This document shows, one piece after another, positions 28,617 through 37,415 of a DNA stretch of 39,347 bases (positions within the stretch are counted from its first letter, which is position 1; each line of letters begins with the position of its first letter). The translations under genes and the position numbers were made by a program. This DNA is from Opitutales bacterium (GTDB taxonomy: Bacteria > Verrucomicrobiota > Verrucomicrobiia > Opitutales > JAFGAQ01), in contig JAFGAQ010000180.1 in NCBI GenBank assembly GCA_016933595.1, forward strand, positions 1 through 39,347. The letters are read 5' to 3'. A model generated the notes under the pieces. The model ran no database searches, was not told where the DNA came from, and was given only the letters and a program-made list of their open reading frames with translations.

Positions 28617-28651
28617 AAAAAGCCCCGCAGCGGGATTTCCGCTCCGGGGCT
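28617..28651 (-). terminator. intrinsic terminator downstream of leuB
   Basis: Plus strand AAAAAGCCCCG-CAGCGG-GATTT-CCGCT-CCGGGGCT: a GC hairpin followed by a U-tract on the minus strand. Confidence 0.8.
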
Positions 28652-28680
28652 CTAAAGGCCGACTATGGCATCACTCAGAA

Positions 28681-29745
28681 TCAGGACACCAGACTGCAGA
28701 CAAGGTCGCCCACTTCCGAAGTGGAGTAACCCATCTTTCCGGCAGACAGACTCTTGAGTTTCTTTCCGGTGATTTCCATCACTGCCGCCTCAATCTTGGA
28801 AGCAGCTTCGGTTTCGCCCAAGTGGTCCAGCATCATCTGCGCAGAGCAAATCGCGGCAAGCGGATTGATCACACCTTTTCCGGTGTATTTCGGGGCACTT
28901 CCACCGATCGGTTCAAACATCGAAACCCCTTCCGGGTTGATGTTCCCGCCCGCAGCAATCCCCATACCCCCCTGCGTGATCGCCGCAAGGTCCGTGATGA
29001 TGTCCCCAAACATGTTCCCGGTGACGATCACATCAAACCACTCCGGACTCTTCACCATCCACATGCAGGTGGCGTCCACATGGTAATAGTCGCGCTGGAT
29101 TTCCGGATACTGTGCCTTGCCCATTTCATGAAACGCTCTTTCCCAAAGGTCATACATGTAGGTGAGGACGTTGGTCTTACCACACAAGGCCAAGGTGTTA
29201 CGCTTCGCACGCTTGCGGGTGTATTCATAAGCGTATTTCAGACAACGGTCCACCTGATAGCGGGTGTAAATGCCGGTCTGAACAGCAGTTTCATGGGGGG
29301 TGCCCTTCATGGTGAAGCCGCCTGCTCCACAATACACGTCACCCGAGTTTTCACGGATCACCACATAGTCAATGTGCTCGGGGCCCTTGTCCTTGAGCGG
29401 AGTTTCCACCCCGGGGAAAAGCTTAACCGGACGCAGGTTGATGTATTGATCGAGCTCAAAACGCAACCGCAACAAAATCCCCTTCTCAAGAATTCCGGGT
29501 TTCACATCGGGATGCCCGATGGCTCCGAGCAAAATGGAATCGTAGCCGCGAAGCTCTTCCACCACGGAGTCAGGAAGGATTTCCCCTTTTTTAAGGTAGC
29601 GGTCTCCACCAATATCGTACTCATGCAAGTCGATCCCAAAGTCATATTTGGGAGCAATCGCATGAAGCACTTTAACGGCTTCACGAGTGACTTCCGGGCC
29701 AGTCCCGTCTCCGGGAATAGTCGCGATTTTGTAGGTCTTTTTCAT
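28681..29745 (-). CDS. leuB: 3-isopropylmalate dehydrogenase
   Basis: IPGDGTGPEV, LEKGILLRLR, NLRPVKL, IRENS, NMFGDIITD, FEPIGGSAP. Confidence 0.92.
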   Translation of the reverse strand: MKKTYKIATIPGDGTGPEVTREAVKVLHAIAPKYDFGIDLHEYDIGGDRYLKKGEILPDSVVEELRGYDSILLGAIGHPDVKPGILEKGILLRLRFELDQYINLRPVKLFPGVETPLKDKGPEHIDYVVIRENSGDVYCGAGGFTMKGTPHETAVQTGIYTRYQVDRCLKYAYEYTRKRAKRNTLALCGKTNVLTYMYDLWERAFHEMGKAQYPEIQRDYYHVDATCMWMVKSPEWFDVIVTGNMFGDIITDLAAITQGGMGIAAGGNINPEGVSMFEPIGGSAPKYTGKGVINPLAAICSAQMMLDHLGETEAASKIEAAVMEITGKKLKSLSAGKMGYSTSEVGDLVCSLVS

Positions 29746-29781
29746 GTTCAATGGTATTCGCTTACTCGATGCCTGCCAACC

Positions 29782-31089
29782 TCATGCCTTCGCCAGCGCG
29801 AATTCGAGGTCCTTGAGAATGTCTTCGATATCCTCAATTCCTATCGAGAGTCGAACAAAATCCTCCGTTACCCCTGAAGCGATCTGTTCTTCAGCACTGA
29901 GTTGCGAATGCGTCGTCGTCCCGGGATGGATCGCAAGCGACTTCGCATCGCCGATGTTTGCCAGGTGGCTGAACAAACGCAACCCTCCAATAAAGCGCTT
30001 TCCGGCTTCGGCTCCTCCCTTGATCCCGAAACCAACCAAGGCCCCGAATCCGCCTTTCATGTAGCGTTGCGCAAGCGCATGATAGGGGCTGTCCTTGAGG
30101 CCAGGATAGGTCACCCATCCCACTTTGTCGTGTGATGCCAGAAACTCCGCTACCTTGAGCGCATTCGAACAATGACGCTCCATCCGCACATGCAAAGTCT
30201 CCACTCCCTGCAAGGTCAGCCATGAATTCAAGGGAGAGGGGCATGCACCCATGTCCCGCAACAATTGAAGGCGCATTTTCATGATGTATGCCACGTTGGC
30301 TCCCCCAAACGGCGCAAAAGAGCGGAACGCATCCCAATGCACCAACCCGTGGTAGCTGGGATCCGGGTCCGTGAAGCCGGGGAACTTTCCATTTCCCCAA
30401 TTGAAATTGCCTCCGTCCACCACCATTCCTCCAATAGAGGTTCCGTGACCGGCAAGAAACTTGGTCGTGCTGTATACAACCACATTGGCCCCATGCTCGA
30501 TCGGCCGATGAATCGCCGGCGTCAAAACCGTGTTGTCCAGAATCAGCGGCACACCCGCCTCCTTCGCGATCGCCGCCACCTCCGCAACCGGGAAAACATT
30601 CAGCCTGGGGTTTCCCAAAGTCTCGCCGAAGATGGCCTTCGTGTTAGCCTTGAGCGCCTTGCGGAAATTCTGCGGATCATCCGCATTCACAAAACTCACC
30701 TCTATTCCCAGCTTGGCAAAAGTGTAACGGAACAGACTGTAGGTCCCTCCATAGATCTGCGAAGCGGATACAATGTGATCCCCAGCTCCACATAGGTTCA
30801 GAATAGCATTGGTGATCGCCGCCTGCCCGCTGGAATGAGCCAACCCACCCACACCTCCATCCAGTGCAGCCAATCGTCCTTCCAACACATCATTCGTGGG
30901 GTTGTTCAGCCGCGTGTAGATGTGCCCCAAGTCCTTGAGCGCAAACAAATCCGCGGCATGCTCCGCATTCTTGAATACGAAACTCGTGGTCTGGTGGATG
31001 GGCAAAGCCCGCGCCCCATTGGACGGGTCGGGCGACTGGGCAGCATGAACCGCCTTGGTGCCGATTCCGGTAAACTGTGGGTCAAGCAT
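29782..31089 (-). CDS. metY: O-acetylhomoserine aminocarboxypropyltransferase / sulfhydrylase
   Basis: PIHQTTS, IYTRLNNPT, SSGQAA, YGGT, DNT, STTKFLAGHG (PLP Lys), HLANIGDAKSL, RLSIGIE. Confidence 0.93.
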   Translation of the reverse strand: MLDPQFTGIGTKAVHAAQSPDPSNGARALPIHQTTSFVFKNAEHAADLFALKDLGHIYTRLNNPTNDVLEGRLAALDGGVGGLAHSSGQAAITNAILNLCGAGDHIVSASQIYGGTYSLFRYTFAKLGIEVSFVNADDPQNFRKALKANTKAIFGETLGNPRLNVFPVAEVAAIAKEAGVPLILDNTVLTPAIHRPIEHGANVVVYSTTKFLAGHGTSIGGMVVDGGNFNWGNGKFPGFTDPDPSYHGLVHWDAFRSFAPFGGANVAYIMKMRLQLLRDMGACPSPLNSWLTLQGVETLHVRMERHCSNALKVAEFLASHDKVGWVTYPGLKDSPYHALAQRYMKGGFGALVGFGIKGGAEAGKRFIGGLRLFSHLANIGDAKSLAIHPGTTTHSQLSAEEQIASGVTEDFVRLSIGIEDIEDILKDLEFALAKA

Positions 31090-31349
31090 GATATGACAAA
31101 TCTTCAGGTTATGAATCCATGGAGTCTTCCGCTCCGTGCAAACCCCATAGAAAACCACCTCTCCCATCGCTGTCAAACGAGCCGATCAATCAGATTGGAT
31201 TCCCGCAGGATCACCACAATCCCCAAAGCACCGTTTAAACGATCTCCGCAACAGATCAACGCCTCTCGACGAAACCTCCCAAAACAACCACATGAAAGGA
31301 CTCCGACGCGCAGGCTTGAAGCAAGAGGGACTCCAACCATCCCTCATCC

Positions 31350-32432
31350 TCATGCGGGTTTCGAATCGTCTGGTTCCCGCACCGTTGAACCCGCCGATCC
31401 TGCGGCCTCTCCTTCAGGGACATTCTTGCACGAATTCCGGGCAAACTCGCGCAAATCCTCCACCGTATCCCCTTCATCCATGATTTCGTGTCCAATAAGG
31501 GTCTCAATGACGTCCTCCATCGTCAAAACACCCGAAAAGCTTCCAAACTCGTCCACCACAACCGCCAAGTGTTCACGATCCCTCAGGAACAAACCAAACA
31601 CACGCTTCAAAGGCATCTGCTCAGACACAATGATGGCCTCATGAGACAAATCCTGAATGGTCCGGCTCCACTCATCCTTTGCCGCCGCAACCAGAATATC
31701 ATTTCTCAGGACATACCCGACGATCTCTTCGTCATTCTCCAGCACCGGATACCTGGAATAGTTGAGGACCCCATAGGATTCGATCACCGCCTTCACCGTC
31801 ATGTCATTGGAAAGGTATTTCACCACCGGACGTGGAGTGAAAATATCATACACTTTGATGGATTGGAAACGCATGATACTCTGAACCATCTGAGCATCCC
31901 CCGGATCGATGACCCCTTCCTGTTGTCCAAGATCCGCCATCGCATGGATCTCGTCCCGGCTTATTCCCGAACCCACATCCCCGGAGGTCAGCATACGGGA
32001 AAACATCTGCGACAAAACAACCAATGGCCACATAATGATCACCAGAAAGCGCACAAGATAGATCGAAGGAACAGCCAAAGACCGCCAGTAGACTGCCCCG
32101 ATGGTCTTGGGAAGAATCTCCGAAAAAACGAGGATCAATAAGGTAAGCACACCCGAAATGACCGAGAAAGGAATATGCTGAAACACAACCTGAGCCTGCG
32201 CACCCACACCAGCCGCCCCAATCGTATGCGCAATCGTGTTGAGGCTCAAAATCGCTGCCAACGGTCGATCCACATTCCGTTTCATCGACTCCATTAAAAG
32301 TGCCGACTTGGCCCCGGATTCTTTTTTTGAAGAGACATAGGACGGGGTCAGCGATAGCAGGACCGCCTCAAGAATCGAACACAAAAACGACAATAGAATC
32401 GCTACCAGAAAAAAGAATACCAGCATCAACAT
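31350..32432 (-). CDS. CNNM/DUF21 + CBS domain (CorB/TlyC hemolysin-family) membrane protein
   Basis: SFLCSILEA, NTIAHTIGA, FSEILPKTIG, TPR, YSRYPV, VVDEFG, TMEDVIE. Confidence 0.93.
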   Translation of the reverse strand: MLMLVFFFLVAILLSFLCSILEAVLLSLTPSYVSSKKESGAKSALLMESMKRNVDRPLAAILSLNTIAHTIGAAGVGAQAQVVFQHIPFSVISGVLTLLILVFSEILPKTIGAVYWRSLAVPSIYLVRFLVIIMWPLVVLSQMFSRMLTSGDVGSGISRDEIHAMADLGQQEGVIDPGDAQMVQSIMRFQSIKVYDIFTPRPVVKYLSNDMTVKAVIESYGVLNYSRYPVLENDEEIVGYVLRNDILVAAAKDEWSRTIQDLSHEAIIVSEQMPLKRVFGLFLRDREHLAVVVDEFGSFSGVLTMEDVIETLIGHEIMDEGDTVEDLREFARNSCKNVPEGEAAGSAGSTVREPDDSKPA

Positions 32433-32512
32433 GGATGGTTTAAACGAACCATAGTTGCAGCATAAATCAAACCCAATCCACGGATACGCCGGGCTCCGCC
32501 GGAGAAGAGACC

Positions 32513-32542
32513 CTTGACCAGGCCCGTCAACGGGTCAAGAAT
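32513..32542 (+). promoter_or_regulatory. candidate rtcB promoter overlapped by an inverted repeat
   Basis: TTGACC-N17-AAGAAT; CTTGACC-N13-GGTCAAG palindrome. Confidence 0.4.
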
Positions 32543-32554
32543 CCCAGGCCTCCA

Positions 32555-33781
32555 ATGCTTCCCCGAATGATAACTCCTTTTGACACAACCCCGGTGGGCG
32601 GACAAAGCCCGGTTTCGTGGATACAATGGGGTTCCGACCTTGATCCGGCCTCCATCGAGCAGATGCGGGCCGCTTGCTCACTTCCGGTGTCGGTCGCCGG
32701 AGCGCTTATGCCCGATGCCCACACAGGCTACGGATTGCCTATCGGTGGCGTGCTCGCAACAGTTGGCGCTGTTATCCCCTATGCGGTTGGAGTGGACATT
32801 GCCTGCCGCATGAGGCTCACCGTGATTGACCAACCGGCATCAGCACTGAGCGGCCAAAAAGATCGCCTCGCCAAAACAATTGAGGAACAGACCCGATTCG
32901 GCATCGGCGCCGAATTCCGCGATCGCCGCAATCATGATGTTATGGATCTCGACTGGTCTGTCTCACCCGTCACCAAACGCTTCCGCGACCGCGCATGGGC
33001 CCAGCTCGGAACCAGCGGTTCCGGCAACCACTTTGTCGAGTTCGGCGAACTCCACGTCACCGATCCTTCTCTCGGGATTCCCACCGGAGACTACATCGCG
33101 CTGCTCAGCCACAGCGGTTCACGCGGTCCCGGAGCACAGGTTTGCCAGCGCTACAGCCGCCTCGCAACCGACAAGCATACCGAACTCACTGGAGCCCAAA
33201 AGCAACTCGCCTGGCTCGACATGGATTCAGCAGAAGGATTGGAATACTGGGCGGCCATGGAATTGATGGGGCACTTCGCTGCCGCCAATCATGAGCTGAT
33301 CCACCGGCACATTCTCAAAGCCATCAATGCCAAAACCCTTTTCACGATCGAAAACCACCACAACTTCGCGTGGAAGGAAACGCATCGGATCAATGGCACG
33401 CAACGGGAGGTCATCGTTCACCGCAAAGGCGCCACACCAGCCGGACTTGGCACCCTCGGCATCATACCCGGATCCATGGCCACCCCGGGCTTCGTGGTCC
33501 GCGGCCGCGGTAATCCCGATTCCCTCTGCAGCGCCTCCCACGGCGCCGGCAGGCTCATGAGCCGGACACAGGCCCGCAACACCTTCACATGGAGCGCCAC
33601 CCGCAAACTCCTCGCCGAACGCGGCGTGCACCTGCTCTCCGCCGACATTGATGAGGTTCCCGGCGTCTACAAGGACATCCATCAGGTCATGGAATCCCAG
33701 CGCGACCTCGTGGAAGTGCTTGCATCCTTCCAGCCCCGTATCGTCAAAATGGCCCCTCCCGGCGAAAAAGCCGAAGACTGA
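32555..33781 (+). CDS. rtcB: RtcB RNA 3'-phosphate/5'-OH ligase
   Basis: MPDAH.GYGLPIGG, VGVDIAC, GTSGSGNHF, HSGSRG, NHHNFAW, HRKGAT, PGSM, SASHGAGR, YKDI. Confidence 0.96.
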   Translation: MLPRMITPFDTTPVGGQSPVSWIQWGSDLDPASIEQMRAACSLPVSVAGALMPDAHTGYGLPIGGVLATVGAVIPYAVGVDIACRMRLTVIDQPASALSGQKDRLAKTIEEQTRFGIGAEFRDRRNHDVMDLDWSVSPVTKRFRDRAWAQLGTSGSGNHFVEFGELHVTDPSLGIPTGDYIALLSHSGSRGPGAQVCQRYSRLATDKHTELTGAQKQLAWLDMDSAEGLEYWAAMELMGHFAAANHELIHRHILKAINAKTLFTIENHHNFAWKETHRINGTQREVIVHRKGATPAGLGTLGIIPGSMATPGFVVRGRGNPDSLCSASHGAGRLMSRTQARNTFTWSATRKLLAERGVHLLSADIDEVPGVYKDIHQVMESQRDLVEVLASFQPRIVKMAPPGEKAED

Positions 33782-34158
33782 CCCAACAGACTTGAAGCTC
33801 TATCATCCGAAACGATTAAGCCCAACGGTACCGATTCCATCAAACGAAAAGCCTCCCAACTCTCTGCCAAATCCCACTCTGTTCTCTCATCCCGGACCCG
33901 GCGTTAAAGGCGGCCAGACCCTCAGGAGAATCAAACCGGATAAACAGCCCCCACAGGTAATCCTCCTGAAGCATCCTGTAACAATCCCCCTTTCATGAAT
34001 GAGTCCAAGCCTAAAGGAAAATGCCAATACCACCCGTTACCACTTTGTTGCTGTTTTGTCGCCGTTTTTTCTGCGTTTTTGGGCATTTCTAGCAAAGAAA
34101 ACAGGACACTTGATCAAACGCCTCTCTTTTCCGCAAGCCCCTGATTTCAAGGAAACTA

Positions 34159-34248
34159 TGGCGGATGGGGAGGGATTCGAACCCCCGGAACCGTCGCCGG
34201 TTCAACGGTTTTCAAGACCGCCGCAATCGACCACTCTGCCACCCATCC
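34159..34248 (-). tRNA. tRNA-Ser (anticodon TGA)
   Basis: Reverse complement GGATGGG..GAGTGGTCGATT..GCGGT-CTTGAAA-ACCGT, long variable arm, GGTTCGAATCC, CCCATCC-G-CCA. Confidence 0.97.
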
Positions 34249-34574
34249 GTGTGTCGTTGTTTCGTGTAGAGTGCCGGAAGGCGGGCAACTGTCAAGCACC
34301 GAGCATCATACCCGGTTCCGGATTTGTTCCGGCTTCTCGTATGGGTATGCGCATTTCAGCCCCACGAGATTCCGTAATCAGGCCCAGACCCGTAACAAGC
34401 TGGTAACATTCACCTCGAAAATTCGGGGCAATTCCAACTGTTTTCCGCGCGAATGCAGCACGCTTGCGACTGATGTTCAACTACTTGCATTACAGACAAA
34501 GAAAATTGGCATGGAGCCTGATAGTTGGAATGCGGGTTCACTCACTTTGGGAGCCCATCGAACAATACATAAAA

Positions 34575-36437
34575 ATGGACATCCAATTGAAACATTCCTT
34601 CAAACGCGCAACCCGAACGGTGTTGCTCTCACTCCTTCTCGGACTGGCGGTCGGCATAGCTCCACTTGCCTGGAGCAAGCCGGTTGACGAAGACCTGAGC
34701 GAACTTCCGTTTACCGAAGCCTACCTACGGACTATCGATCTGCTGGCAGAAAACTACCCACTCGGACATTGGAAAGAAATCGACTGGGAAACGGCTCGCA
34801 ATCGTTATTTGCCGGAGATCGCCCTCGCTGAGAGCAACAACGACCTTCAGGCATTCTGCAGGGTATTTGCCCAGTTCGCATTCAACACGATCCGGGATGG
34901 ACACACGTGGATTACGGTAATAAGTGAAGACGCACCGGTAAGGCAGTCTTTTACCGACATCGTCGCGTCGGAAAGAGGGGGAAGCTTCGGACTGACTCTT
35001 GCGTCCCTGGACAATGGGAAAGTCGTTGTCGCCTCACTTCGCCCAGGGGAACCAGCCGAGTTGGCGGGAATCCAAGTTGGAGACGAAATCATTACATGGA
35101 ACGGGACGCCCATCGTGGACAAACTTGCCACGATTGATCTGCTTTGGGCACTTCAAGGAACACCAACCGATGAAGGAGCGATCCAATTGGCAAATACTTT
35201 CATTGGGAGGGGAGAACCTGAATCCTATGCCGATCTTGTTGTTCGCAATGCATCGGATGGCATCATCTCTGGCTATAGGCTCGAGGCAATCGATGACCCA
35301 TTGGGTCATATGTTCGACATCGCAGAGCTAGGTTCGACTGCACCAGGAAACTCGACATTCCGATTCTACTGGATAAACGGAGGAGTCGCATATCTTGGGA
35401 TATCCTCTCTGGTTCCCGATTTCCCAGAAACCGGATTTGAATCTGACGATCAGATGCTGGCGGCGGGGATGGAATATGTGGAAACATTCAAAGACTACAT
35501 GCGCTCCGTCACGACGGCAGGAGGAAAAGAACTCATTCTCGATTTGAGAGGGAATGAAGGAGGAGCGGATATTCTTGGAGCCATGATGGTGTCCTGCCTG
35601 ACCCGCGACAGCTGGTTATACACTCAGAATGTCTATCAGGATGATAACGGTCAATGGGTTAACGAAGATGATCCGTTTGCGGTATCGATGGTCGAACCTG
35701 AGGGAGATCCCCTTTTTGAAGGCGATATTCTCGTGCTCGTGGACAGCAACACAGTTAGTGCGGGAGAGGGATTTGCCTACCATCTACAGAAACTGCCCAA
35801 TGCCCGCGTTATAGGGACCACCCGCACCAACGGCTCCTACGCATGGGTCGGCTCGCGCATCATCCTCCCCGGAGGCTTGGTCTACAGTTTCCCATCCGGT
35901 CCCGCCCTGGACGAGAGCTTCCAAATCATGATCGATACTAACGCCAAGGGTGAAGGCGGCGTGTATCCCGACATCCGCATCCCGATGTCACTCAATCGCG
36001 TGATGCGTGAAGCCAACGGTGAAGATGTGGAACTCTCATACACAGTCGATGAATTGATTCAAACCCGGGCTACCCGCGAACGCATCAATCCAACACCGGT
36101 AGCCTGCCCCACCATCCTGGCTTTCGAGGTAAACGGAGAATTCCTGCCTGTAGACATTCTCCGACCGGCATCAAACGGGGTCTCGGCAGAAGCCATTCCA
36201 ACAAGGATCCATCTGCCAATCGGGGCCCCAACCGATATCCGCACCATCTGGGATTGGAGAAAGAATCCCTCCAGTTTCACTATCATTCAGGGAGCCCTAC
36301 CCGCCGGACTAAGCCTGAACCGCGAAACGGGACACATAGCGGGATCACCCCAGACCGCGGGAGTCTTCGAGATCCAACTGTCGGTCAAAGACTGGCGCGG
36401 ACGGGGTTACCAGCAACTTCAAATCCACGTCGAATAG
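34575..36437 (+). CDS. secreted S41 family peptidase with PDZ domain and C-terminal putative Ig (He_PIG-like) domain
   Basis: Signal peptide, DGHT, PAELAGIQVGDEI (PDZ), LILDLRGNEGG, TVSAGE (Ser), GALPAGLSLNRETGHIAGSP. Confidence 0.88.
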   Translation: MDIQLKHSFKRATRTVLLSLLLGLAVGIAPLAWSKPVDEDLSELPFTEAYLRTIDLLAENYPLGHWKEIDWETARNRYLPEIALAESNNDLQAFCRVFAQFAFNTIRDGHTWITVISEDAPVRQSFTDIVASERGGSFGLTLASLDNGKVVVASLRPGEPAELAGIQVGDEIITWNGTPIVDKLATIDLLWALQGTPTDEGAIQLANTFIGRGEPESYADLVVRNASDGIISGYRLEAIDDPLGHMFDIAELGSTAPGNSTFRFYWINGGVAYLGISSLVPDFPETGFESDDQMLAAGMEYVETFKDYMRSVTTAGGKELILDLRGNEGGADILGAMMVSCLTRDSWLYTQNVYQDDNGQWVNEDDPFAVSMVEPEGDPLFEGDILVLVDSNTVSAGEGFAYHLQKLPNARVIGTTRTNGSYAWVGSRIILPGGLVYSFPSGPALDESFQIMIDTNAKGEGGVYPDIRIPMSLNRVMREANGEDVELSYTVDELIQTRATRERINPTPVACPTILAFEVNGEFLPVDILRPASNGVSAEAIPTRIHLPIGAPTDIRTIWDWRKNPSSFTIIQGALPAGLSLNRETGHIAGSPQTAGVFEIQLSVKDWRGRGYQQLQIHVE

Positions 36438-36602
36438 TCTTTTTCGTCCGGATTCGATTCAAGAAAACTGAAACGGCCCATCCCGAGGTGCAACCCGCAA
36501 GGCTTGCGCCAGAGATGGGCCACTTTCCTGTGACACGCTCCATTTGGGTTGAAAGAATGTAAGCATTCGGACAAGGTGCCTGTTTAACCTTCATTTCTTC
36601 TC

Positions 36603-37403
36603 ATGGCCGACCTGTCCTCCAAAGAAACCCCAGTTGCCCTATCGATCGCCGGCTCAGACAGTGGAGGAGGCGCGGGAATTCAAGCTGATCTCCTCACCTT
36701 CAGAGCCCTCGGCGTTTATGGGACTACCGCCATCACCTGCACTACCGCCCAGAATCCGGATAGCGTGATCTCGGTTTGCCCGCTTTCCCCCGACCACGTT
36801 AAGGACCAAATCCGGCAAGTGCTCGACTACTTTGATGTCCGTGCGATCAAGACCGGGATGCTGTTCAATGCGGAAATTATTCGGGCCGTCGTGGATAGCC
36901 TTTCCGCATCCAGCAAAATTCCCGTCATCGTTGACCCGGTAATGGTCTCCACCAGTGGATCGGTTTTACTCCAGCCTGAGGCCATCGAAATCCTCACAAA
37001 GGAGCTCTTTCCGTTGGCAACGCTTGTCACGCCCAATCTGGATGAAGTGAAAGTGCTCATCAAACGCCATCCCAAAGACCTCCAATCGATCGTAAACGCT
37101 GCCCGATCCTTGGCAACGCGCTTTCAAACGGCTTTCCTCGTTAAAGGCGGACACCTGCCCGGCAATCAGCTAACCGACGTGCTGGCATTTCCCGAATCCG
37201 ATTTCCGCACGTTCAACACACAACGGATCTCCGGGGTCAACAGCCATGGCAGCGGCTGTTCGCTGGCTTCCGCAATCGCGGCAGAAATTGCACGCGGCAA
37301 TCAATTGGAAGAAGCCATTGAAAAAGCACACCGCTTTCTCCAGGACACTTTCTTGCGCCCCGTCATCCTCAAAAAAGGGGCATTTCTCAACCACTTCAGG
37401 TAG
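36603..37403 (+). CDS. thiD: hydroxymethylpyrimidine/phosphomethylpyrimidine kinase
   Basis: IAGSDSGGGAGIQADL, TAQN, KTGML, VDPVM, TPNLDE, KGGH, HGSGC. Confidence 0.96.
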   Translation: MADLSSKETPVALSIAGSDSGGGAGIQADLLTFRALGVYGTTAITCTTAQNPDSVISVCPLSPDHVKDQIRQVLDYFDVRAIKTGMLFNAEIIRAVVDSLSASSKIPVIVDPVMVSTSGSVLLQPEAIEILTKELFPLATLVTPNLDEVKVLIKRHPKDLQSIVNAARSLATRFQTAFLVKGGHLPGNQLTDVLAFPESDFRTFNTQRISGVNSHGSGCSLASAIAAEIARGNQLEEAIEKAHRFLQDTFLRPVILKKGAFLNHFR

Positions 37404-37415
37404 TCTTCCTCCGCC

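Noticed and set aside
28822-29877. 351-aa plus-strand ORF opposite leuB, and similar long antisense ORFs at 6353-7252, 15023-15856, 26726-27568 and 30835-31644
   Set aside because: These are shadow frames of well-conserved genes in GC-rich DNA, with no motifs or RBS.
31090-31349. SAM riboswitch upstream of metY
   Set aside because: Only isolated GAGAG and GGTGC words are present. The ATC..GAG, GCAACC and AGAT core arrangement is missing.
33999-34406. 135-aa ORF across the tRNA
   Set aside because: It overlaps tRNA-Ser on the opposite strand and is spurious.
34506-34524. sigma54-like TTGGCATG upstream of the S41 gene
   Set aside because: The -12 position reads CTGAT rather than TTGC.
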